DNA of 32,000 nt from an uncultured Muribaculaceae bacterium (GTDB lineage: Bacteria; Pseudomonadota; Alphaproteobacteria; Rs-D84), in the NCBI GenBank assembly GCA_965231035.1, contig OZ246409.1, positions 541,101 to 573,100 of the forward strand, written 5' to 3'. Each line of letters opens with the position of its first letter. Position 1 is the stretch's first letter. Below are positions 25,107-32,000 of this stretch, one piece after another. The notes under the pieces were generated by a model. That model was not told the DNA's origin. It searched no databases and saw only the letters and a list, made by a program, of their open reading frames with translations. Position numbers and translations under genes: made by a program.

Positions 25107-27476
25107 ATGGCAACATTAACACTTGGAAAATCTGTAACAGTTGGTGCAGTACAAAGCAAAAAGGGCGATGCTGTTTTTGTTGAACGCCGCAGACGTGTTG
25201 TTGCACCAGATAGTCGTGAAATGCGGGACGAGCCTAAGGGGCCTTCTGCCGCGCGTTCTGCTGCTGATGAAAAGTTACGGGCAGTGTTAGAAGCAGCCAA
25301 GGCACGCGATGAAGAACGTCGTGCAAGGGAAGCTGAAGAAGAAGCATCCCGCAATGCACGTGAAGCTGAAATTGCACGTGAAACACGTGAATACGAACAA
25401 GTCAAAGAACAATTAGCTGCTCGTGAAACAACGACTTCGGAATCTGTCGCGGATGAAAAAAGTGTAAATCCAACAAAAAAAGTCTTTACAGGTAATTATC
25501 AACATAAAACTCATACCAGTGAAGAAGAAGCTCATTCCGTAAAAAATAATTTCAAGAAAGATTTTAAGAAAAATGGAAAAATATCTATTCATGATATTGT
25601 AATTGCAGACAGTGACGACGGAGAGGAAAAAATTGCAATCAAGGGTGCAAATCGTCGTCGTTCCGAGGCATCACTAAGACGTTTTCGTGAAAAGGCACGT
25701 GCGGCGTTTTCTGTACCACAAAAAGTTTCACATGAAGTTTCAATAGGTGACATTATTACTGTCAAAGATTTGGCAGCTGCTATGGCTGAAAAAGTTGGTA
25801 ATGTTATCAAAAAGCTGATGGAAATGGGAATGATGGTTTCCCAAAATCAATCTATTGATGCAGATACTGCTGAATTAGTTGCTTGTGAATTTGGTGCAAC
25901 TGTAAAGCGAGTTGATGTAAAACCATATGCAGAAATTCTTGAACGTCAGCCAAATGCAGAAAACCTTAAACACCGTGCACCAATTGTTACTGTGGTTGGA
26001 CATGTTGATCATGGAAAAACATCTTTGTTAGATGCATTCCGTAATGCAAATGTTGTCGCAGGCGAAGCAGGTGGAATTACTCAACATATTTCTTCGTACG
26101 AGGTAAAATCTAAATCAGGTCAGATGATTACATTTTTGGATACACCTGGTCATGAAACATTTACAGCTATGCGCGCACGTGGTGCACAGATGGCAGATAT
26201 AGTGGTTTTGGTTGTTGCTGCAAATGATTCAATTATGCCCCAGACTATCGAGGCGATTAACCATATTCGTGCAGCCAAGGTTCCATTTATTGTTGCAATT
26301 AATAAAATTGATTTGCCCGAAGCTAATCCGCAAAAAGTTAAAACAGATTTGTTACAGCAAGAAGTTCAAGTTGAAGAAATGGGCGGCGAAGTTCAAGCTG
26401 TTGAAATATCTGCAACAAAGAAGATTGGTTTAGATAAACTGGAAGAAGCGATTTTATTACAGGCAGAAATGATGAATTTGAAAGCAGATTCAGATATGCC
26501 AGCAGTCGCAACTGTGGTCGAAGCTAAAATGGAAAAAGGACTGGGACCTGTTGCAACAATTTTGATGCGCCAGGGTACTTTGGAAATTGGAAATGTTTTT
26601 GTTGTTGGTGAAACATATGGTCGTGTTCGTGGATTGGTTAATTCGGCCGGCGAACGTGTAAAATCTGTTGGTCCAGCACAACCTGTTATGGTTTTGGGAT
26701 TGGAATCTGTTCCAAATGCAGGCGATACATTTAATGTTATGGAAAACGAGGCTCAAACCCGAGAAGTTGCAGCATATCGTGCACAAAAGATTAAAGACAA
26801 GGCAAACGCTGCAAAACGTTCTTCATTGGAAGAAATGTTTGCAAAACGCGATGATACAAATAAAATGGTACTGCCAATTATTTTGCGCGCAGACGTCCAA
26901 GGCAGTGTCGAAGCTATTTCTGATATGTTAAAAGATATAAACACTGACAAGGTTGGCGTTGACGTGTTGTCTGCTGGTGTTGGTCAAATTACGGAAGGTG
27001 ATATCAGATTGGCAACAGCATCCAGTGCGGTCATAATTGCATTTAATGTTCGTGCAGATGGTTATGTTCGTGATATGGCACGTAATAATGGTGTTGATAT
27101 CAGATACCATTCAGTCGTTTATCGTATTACTGATGAAATCAAAGAAATATTGTCTGGCAAATTAGCACCAGAAAAACGTGAAACATTTATTGGGTATGCC
27201 GATATTATAGCTTTGTTCACAGTGGGTAAGGGGGTCAAGGTTGCTGGATGTCGCGTAACCGAAGGTATTATTAAAAAAGATGCTTTTGTTCGTCTGCTGC
27301 GTGACAACGTTGTTTTATACGATGGTAAGATAGGTGTTTTAAAGCGCGAAAAGAACGAGGTCAAAGAAGTCACAGTTGGTACAGAATTTGGTATGAGCTT
27401 TGATAAATATAATGACCTGAAAGAGGGTGATCGTGTAGAATGTTACGAGGTTGAAGAAATCAAAGCAAAGTTATAA
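25107..27476 (+). CDS. infB: Translation initiation factor IF-2
   Basis: 789 aa. The N-terminal region is charged and low-complexity. The G domain has [22 protein letters not shown] and NKID, and the C-terminal domains are typical of IF-2. AAGGAG is the RBS. Confidence 0.95.
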   Translation: MATLTLGKSVTVGAVQSKKGDAVFVERRRRVVAPDSREMRDEPKGPSAARSAADEKLRAVLEAAKARDEERRAREAEEEASRNAREAEIARETREYEQVKEQLAARETTTSESVADEKSVNPTKKVFTGNYQHKTHTSEEEAHSVKNNFKKDFKKNGKISIHDIVIADSDDGEEKIAIKGANRRRSEASLRRFREKARAAFSVPQKVSHEVSIGDIITVKDLAAAMAEKVGNVIKKLMEMGMMVSQNQSIDADTAELVACEFGATVKRVDVKPYAEILERQPNAENLKHRAPIVTVVGHVDHGKTSLLDAFRNANVVAGEAGGITQHISSYEVKSKSGQMITFLDTPGHETFTAMRARGAQMADIVVLVVAANDSIMPQTIEAINHIRAAKVPFIVAINKIDLPEANPQKVKTDLLQQEVQVEEMGGEVQAVEISATKKIGLDKLEEAILLQAEMMNLKADSDMPAVATVVEAKMEKGLGPVATILMRQGTLEIGNVFVVGETYGRVRGLVNSAGERVKSVGPAQPVMVLGLESVPNAGDTFNVMENEAQTREVAAYRAQKIKDKANAAKRSSLEEMFAKRDDTNKMVLPIILRADVQGSVEAISDMLKDINTDKVGVDVLSAGVGQITEGDIRLATASSAVIIAFNVRADGYVRDMARNNGVDIRYHSVVYRITDEIKEILSGKLAPEKRETFIGYADIIALFTVGKGVKVAGCRVTEGIIKKDAFVRLLRDNVVLYDGKIGVLKREKNEVKEVTVGTEFGMSFDKYNDLKEGDRVECYEVEEIKAKL

Positions 27477-27500
27477 AAACGCCCAATTGGGCGTTTTTTT
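27477..27500 (+). terminator. Rho-independent terminator after infB
   Basis: AAACGCCC-AATT-GGGCGTTTTTTT. Confidence 0.75.
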
Positions 27501-27554
27501 AATGAATATTGGACAGATTTACTTTAAAATACAAAAGATAAAAAAGAGGTTGTT

Positions 27555-27983
27555 ATGTCAGAAGGGTCATATACATCAAATGCGTACAAATCAGTAAATC
27601 ACAAAGATAAAGATTATACTGTTGTTTGTGCTAATCATGCGCCAAATATAAATGTAAAAAGTGCCAAGATAATTTTTTGTAAAGAGGGTACAAATATAAA
27701 AATAGAAGAAAATTCATCTAAAACTAAGATTTTTTATGGTCTTTGGTTTTCTCAAAAGAGTCGTATTTACAACAGGAATTATAAAATTTTTGAATACATT
27801 GTACCAAAAGAGGAAAATATCGATTGGGATGAACAAATCAAATTAATATCTAAGCAAATATTAAATTGCAAAAAGCCTGAAAAAATAGCAAACGCAAAAG
27901 AAAAAATAGATGGAATAAAAAATGCATTGGAAATTATCGAAGAAATGAAGGCAAGAAAGAGAGAAAAAGAGTTAAAAAAATAA
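27555..27983 (+). CDS. Hypothetical protein (142 aa), Lys/Glu-rich helical C-terminus
   Basis: The ORF has an AGAGG RBS and sits between two terminators. It is very AT-rich, and I recognise no motif. Confidence 0.5.
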   Translation: MSEGSYTSNAYKSVNHKDKDYTVVCANHAPNINVKSAKIIFCKEGTNIKIEENSSKTKIFYGLWFSQKSRIYNRNYKIFEYIVPKEENIDWDEQIKLISKQILNCKKPEKIANAKEKIDGIKNALEIIEEMKARKREKELKK

Positions 27984-28007
27984 AAAACCGCCATTTGGCG
28001 GTGGTTT
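27984..28007. terminator. Bidirectional terminator between the convergent orphan gene and the bamB-like gene
   Basis: AAAACCGCC-ATTT-GGCGGTGGTTT. The 21-mer AAAAAACCGCCATTTGGCGGT is identical to 31424-31444. Confidence 0.65.
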
Positions 28008-28015
28008 AATTATGT

Positions 28016-28750
28016 TTAATCAATCTTTTTTCCAGTTGAAGCGTCAAAGGTTTCATCTTCGACAGTAATTGTTTTGTCTTTATAAACCGGAGCTGCTTGG
28101 TCTTGAACCTTTTTACCCCAATAAATATCACCATTGGATGTATTTATAGCATACAGTTTATTGTTTGTTCCAACAACAAAAGCAAAATTATCAACAATTA
28201 TAAATGGTTCGGCAACACCCAAATTTATACACCATTTTTTATGGCCACCAGTTTTATCCAATTTGCAAAATGCGTCGCCCAGGCCACCAACATAAACCCC
28301 AACGCCCTTTACAATAACTGGTGCAACAATATCTAATACACTGGCACCACCCAACATGTTATTTTCACGATAAACATCCGTGACCCACTCAATATTTCTG
28401 GTTTTTGCATTAACCTTGACCATTTCGCCTGTTGTTAACCCTGCATAAACAAATTCATCGTCGCATACAGGTTTTTGATCGCTGGTCACAGAATTGCTGG
28501 TTGGGAATCCGCTGAATATTTTTTTATCGCCATTCCAGATAACATTTGAAGAATCTTGGGTATATGGACAATCAATAATCTTGGTTTCTGGCAGGTTCAT
28601 TGGTAAGTTTTGAACTTCTTTATTCAAAATAACCAGTGCAGCCCCAGGAAATATGGATTCGCGCTGTCCAGGTAATATAGGATCGTGTTTTGAGCAAGCG
28701 GACAATGAAACTGGGATTAAAAATAAGGTTAATATTTTTAATTTGTTCAT
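28016..28750 (-). CDS. PQQ-like beta-propeller lipoprotein, BamB-like but short
   Basis: 244 aa with a lipoprotein signal and lipobox (LIPVSLSAC). Repeated motifs are MVKVNAKTRNIEW, FCKLDKTGGHKKW and LYAINTSNGDIYW. It lies downstream of a yfgM-like gene, as bamB does in many Proteobacteria. Confidence 0.6.
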   Translation of the reverse strand: MNKLKILTLFLIPVSLSACSKHDPILPGQRESIFPGAALVILNKEVQNLPMNLPETKIIDCPYTQDSSNVIWNGDKKIFSGFPTSNSVTSDQKPVCDDEFVYAGLTTGEMVKVNAKTRNIEWVTDVYRENNMLGGASVLDIVAPVIVKGVGVYVGGLGDAFCKLDKTGGHKKWCINLGVAEPFIIVDNFAFVVGTNNKLYAINTSNGDIYWGKKVQDQAAPVYKDKTITVEDETFDASTGKKID

Positions 28751-28760
28751 GTTGAAAACC

Positions 28761-29411
28761 TTATTTCAAAGTTTGGGCAGTTGCAGATATTACAGCAGGT
28801 GCGTCTTTTTCACTGATAATTTTATCCAGCCATTTATTAGCTGCGTCTTTGTTACCTTCGGATAAGTATTTTTCAGCAACCAATAACATACTGTTGTAAT
28901 AAAAAGGAGAGCTGGAAGTATTTAAATCAGACAAGAATTTTTCCAATTCTGAACCAGTCATTTTATCGCCCTTGATCCCAGCCAGGTGCAATTTTGCTAA
29001 ATCACGAAAATCGCGAGAGCTTCCATCTTTTGCCAAAGTTTCCAATTTTGAAACATCACCATCAGACATAAATGATTGGAACATTGCCAAATCAGCGGTT
29101 GCCCCAGATGAATTTTTGGACAATGCGGCCAAAGCACTACCATCAGCATTTTCGATTGCTATTTCATAACCTTCGGCAGTTGCCAAGCGTGCAGCTTTAT
29201 TATTGTGGCGAACAATCTGAATTCCAACGGTAATTACAACAATAGCAATAGCAAAAGAAATTAAAATCTTGGAATACTTTTTCAAAAAAGCCATTGTTTT
29301 TTCATTGTTTACATCTTCCCAGACTTCACGATACAGCGCTTCTTCGGCATAATCTTCTTGGGATTTCTTGGGTTCTGGTAATTTATTTTTGTTTTTGAAC
29401 AGTTTGGTCAT
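28761..29411 (-). CDS. YfgM-like membrane-anchored TPR-like protein
   Basis: 216 aa with a single N-terminal TM anchor (ILISFAIAIVVITVGIQIV) followed by a helical-repeat domain. The call also rests on its position upstream of the bamB-like gene. Confidence 0.5.
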   Translation of the reverse strand: MTKLFKNKNKLPEPKKSQEDYAEEALYREVWEDVNNEKTMAFLKKYSKILISFAIAIVVITVGIQIVRHNNKAARLATAEGYEIAIENADGSALAALSKNSSGATADLAMFQSFMSDGDVSKLETLAKDGSSRDFRDLAKLHLAGIKGDKMTGSELEKFLSDLNTSSSPFYYNSMLLVAEKYLSEGNKDAANKWLDKIISEKDAPAVISATAQTLK

Positions 29412-29462
29412 TGAATTCTCCGGTCTTGATATTTATATCATCATTGATATACTATAAAGATT

Positions 29463-30419
29463 ATGAAAAAGCAAATCAAGAACCCTTTACCAGTCGCAAA
29501 GCAAGGAAGTGCATCGACAAGTTTAATGGCTATCCGGGGGGTATCAGATGAATCTGGTCTGGAACAATATATTCAGACTATTCAAAAGTTCCCAATACTT
29601 TCAGCCGAACAAGAATACGAATACGCAACAACCTGGCGATCTAAACAAGATATGACAGCAGCCGAGAAGCTGGTTGCCAGCCATTTGCGTTTGGTTGTTT
29701 CGGTTGCCTATGATTTTAAAAATTATGGAATTCCAGTTTCAGAGCTTATTGCCAGTGGAAATGTTGGTCTGATGCAGGCTTTACAAAAATTTGACCCAGA
29801 AAAAGGGTTCAGGTTTTCAACCTATGCTATGTTTTGGATCAAGGCCGAGATTTATGAAACAATTTTGAATAACTGGTCAGTTGTCAGAATTGGTACTTCG
29901 GCCAATCAGAAACGCGTTTTCTTTAATCTGGCGCGTGCAAAAAAAGCACTGGGGATTATGGATAATAATTTGTCCGATGACCAGACCAAGCAAATTGCAG
30001 AGTTCTTACAAGTCCCAGAAAATGATGTAACACGTATGGCGACCAGAATCAGCGCACGCGATTTATCATTAAATGCACCAGTTGGTAATGATGATTCCAG
30101 AGATGCACTTTCTAATCTGGCCGATACATCTGATGGCATCGAAGATAATATTGAAAGATTGGAATTCCGTCGTCGTGGATATGAAATGCTGCGCAGGCAT
30201 TTATCAGAATTACCAGAACGCGATCGTGAAATTCTGCATGCACGCAGATTACAAGATCCGGCAGCAACACTGGAAGTTTTGGCACAGAAATACAAAATAT
30301 CACGCGAAAGGGTTCGTCAAATCGAAGAACGCGCATACGCAAAATTACGTGATGCAATTTTAAAAGAGGAAGAATACATACCAGCAAAAAAAGGTGAGGT
30401 TATTGATGAAGCCATATAA
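29463..30419 (+). CDS. rpoH: RNA polymerase sigma-32 (heat-shock sigma factor RpoH)
   Basis: Region 2 motifs are LVASHLRLVVSVAYDFKNYG, GNVGLMQALQKFDPEKGFRFSTYAMFWIKAEI. The RpoH-box-like QKRVFFNLARAKK is present. Region 4 is TLEVLAQKYKISRERVRQIEERAYAKLR. Confidence 0.9.
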   Translation: MKKQIKNPLPVAKQGSASTSLMAIRGVSDESGLEQYIQTIQKFPILSAEQEYEYATTWRSKQDMTAAEKLVASHLRLVVSVAYDFKNYGIPVSELIASGNVGLMQALQKFDPEKGFRFSTYAMFWIKAEIYETILNNWSVVRIGTSANQKRVFFNLARAKKALGIMDNNLSDDQTKQIAEFLQVPENDVTRMATRISARDLSLNAPVGNDDSRDALSNLADTSDGIEDNIERLEFRRRGYEMLRRHLSELPERDREILHARRLQDPAATLEVLAQKYKISRERVRQIEERAYAKLRDAILKEEEYIPAKKGEVIDEAI

Positions 30420-31425
30420 AATTTATATGTACTTTTTATTGTTAGGTTTGTGGTCTTTGCCTGCATCCGCGTATGAACATAATTTTGGCAGATATGGGTT
30501 CAAGCTTACTGGTTATGGAACTGTTGGTGCAATTGAACCAGATTTCAAAAAAGCTTATTTTATGGATGATTGGCTGGTTCGAACACAGATCAATTATGCT
30601 TTGAAATCAAATATAACAGTGGGGTTTGTTTATTCAATCGACGAACTGGCGGTATACCAAGATAAGTATTCCCGTGATACTTTTTTATTTATCGAAGATG
30701 CAAACAGGGGCCGTATAGAACTGGGTATGACCGATTCAATTGCAACCAAACTGGGGGTTGGATTACCAGATGTCGGCGGATTAAGAATAAATGATAATCC
30801 AATATTTTATAAAAGATTGGAACCAACAGGACCGGTTATTTCAAATACTACAATGACCAGCGGTCGGTACGATTTGCGTGCGAACTTTGTTTCTGTTCCA
30901 ACGCGTCCTTGGCAATTTGGGGCATCTGTTGCTGGATTATCACCAAAATATAATTATGCCACGGATGTTGGGGTAAAATATCGTGATCCGAACGGTAAAA
31001 CAAAAAATGCATTTTCGATGGGTGCGTCCTTTATAGATTCGCCAGAAAACTTTCAAACCGAAGTTTTTGCACCATCAGTCACAGCAGATTGGCGTGCACA
31101 AATATCAACAGGATTTAATTTGCAATACAACAGCTGGATATGGGGAATATCGTTACGTGGAATTTACGACAGAAACCCGATTGGCGTTCCTGGGGACGGC
31201 TTGATTGCAGGAACAGGGATCAGTTATGACCTTTTGAATTATACAGTGTCAGCATCATATATTTTATCTGATACAGGTATATGGAATGATGCACCTAATT
31301 ATATATCAAATACTGGGGTGTTATCTTTCAGATATAAATACAGCGAAGATGTTGACGGTTGGATTTCAACCGGATTATCTGCTGGGTTGCCATTTATGTC
31401 TGGTGGAATCAGAATGAAGTTTTAA
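30406..31425 (+). CDS. Outer-membrane beta-barrel protein (porin-like), family not recognised
   Basis: It has a signal peptide (MKPYKIYMYFLLLGLWSLPASA/YE), alternating beta-strand pattern and a C-terminal ...GGIRMKF (terminal Phe). The start was set at ATG 30406, which has AAGGTGAGG 7 nt upstream; the track's GTG is at 30394. It overlaps rpoH by 14 nt. Confidence 0.6.
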   Translation: MKPYKIYMYFLLLGLWSLPASAYEHNFGRYGFKLTGYGTVGAIEPDFKKAYFMDDWLVRTQINYALKSNITVGFVYSIDELAVYQDKYSRDTFLFIEDANRGRIELGMTDSIATKLGVGLPDVGGLRINDNPIFYKRLEPTGPVISNTTMTSGRYDLRANFVSVPTRPWQFGASVAGLSPKYNYATDVGVKYRDPNGKTKNAFSMGASFIDSPENFQTEVFAPSVTADWRAQISTGFNLQYNSWIWGISLRGIYDRNPIGVPGDGLIAGTGISYDLLNYTVSASYILSDTGIWNDAPNYISNTGVLSFRYKYSEDVDGWISTGLSAGLPFMSGGIRMKF

Positions 31426-31448
31426 AAAACCGCCATTTGGCGGTTTTT
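31426..31448. terminator. Bidirectional terminator between the convergent OMP gene and the membrane-protein gene
   Basis: AAAACCGCC-ATTT-GGCGGTTTTT. Confidence 0.75.
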
Positions 31449-31452
31449 ATTT

Positions 31453-32000
31453 TTACAGCAAGCACGCAAGTGTTGCGCTGGTATTCTTTAACATAAACCA
31501 TCCAATACGATAATCTGTTACATAGATGATTACCATAAACAAGGCCAATACACCCATAACAATCATAACGTTGTGTTTCTTACCCTTCATGCAGTACAGG
31601 CTGATGTTATAGAACAAGAACAGGATATAGGCATCAACAATCAAACTGATGATCCAAACAGATGTACAGTTAAATGCCAAGGCATTCAAAACCAAAATTG
31701 CAGGGTATATAAAGAATACCGAAGCCAACCCCTTAATCGCGATTTCCCAATCACGTTCGCCACCTGTAATTTCTGAAACCAACATTAACAATCCGCCCAA
31801 GATAAACAACAAGGCAACAGCCAGCACAGGGACAATTATTATTGCAGTAAACACAGAACCAATTGTGATTGTGGCCCCGCCAATTAAACGCAACAGCAAA
31901 ACCAAACCGCCACCCAGCAATCCATACATAAATGCGCGCAGCATTGATTCTTCCAAGTTGCCATCAGCAACGATTTTTGTGAAATAACGTTTTGGGTCTG
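31453..32000 (-). CDS. Multi-pass inner-membrane protein (Yip1-like topology?), probably partial
   Basis: There are about 5 hydrophobic helices. The track starts it at TTG 31956, but the frame stays open (…DPKRYFTKIVADGNLEES…) to the window end. The true start may therefore lie beyond 32000. Confidence 0.55.
   Translation of the reverse strand, partial: DPKRYFTKIVADGNLEESMLRAFMYGLLGGGLVLLLRLIGGATITIGSVFTAIIIVPVLAVALLFILGGLLMLVSEITGGERDWEIAIKGLASVFFIYPAILVLNALAFNCTSVWIISLIVDAYILFLFYNISLYCMKGKKHNVMIVMGVLALFMVIIYVTDYRIGWFMLKNTSATLACLL

Noticed and set aside
25079-25405. 108-aa minus-strand ORF, rich in Ser/Ala/Arg, antisense to the 5' end of infB in a locally GC-rich stretch
   Set aside because: It is a shadow ORF. 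The plus-strand frame encodes the typical charged, low-complexity IF-2 N-terminal region ([12 protein letters not shown]...). Its GC-rich, stop-poor composition leaves the antisense frame open. It has no RBS or independent signal.
30394-30405. GTG 30394 as the start of the outer-membrane protein
   Set aside because: The GTG lies within the Shine-Dalgarno-like AAGGTGAGG. ATG 30406 is correctly spaced from that motif and gives a normal signal peptide.

Overview
AT-rich bacterial chromosome segment. Almost all of it is housekeeping genes packed into tight, often overlapping operons. RpoH, an alpha-type SspB-like adaptor and the lptG-lptD-surA gene order suggest an alphaproteobacterium with a shuffled, possibly reduced genome; this is inference and was not checked against any database.

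Genes called, in order:
- A tolC / macA-like adaptor / macB-like ATPase efflux operon (-)
- tRNA-Cys
- recF and an sspB-like gene (+)
- rnpA-yidD-accB-accC (-)
- mreB
- xseB-mutS-orphan-truB-rpsO, then pnp-ybaB (+)
- tRNA-Val
- A six-gene minus-strand operon: lptG-lptD-surA-like-rlmN plus two unknown paralogs
- nusA-infB and an orphan (+)
- A yfgM-like gene and a short bamB-like gene (-)
- rpoH and an outer-membrane barrel gene (+)
- A partial multi-pass membrane protein (-)

No transposase, integrase, CRISPR array, rRNA or recognisable defence gene was seen.

The most unusual items:
1. A 280-bp nested palindrome sits 4 nt upstream of the lptG start codon, at the edge of a near-consensus minus-strand promoter. 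It has 32-bp terminal arms and two long internal hairpins. Its mismatches mostly become G-U pairs only in the minus-strand RNA.
2. A translationally coupled tandem pair of divergent paralogs (both start MNLRYIT) follows rlmN. Their motif pattern resembles a degenerate TrpF/PRAI TIM barrel.
3. A ~70-nt hairpin repeat occurs twice, after mreB and after ybaB. Its loop is conserved and one stem pair shows a compensatory swap.
4. AT-rich orphan genes occupy both positions where rbfA normally sits.

All functional calls come from motif recognition by eye. No searches or computed statistics were run.
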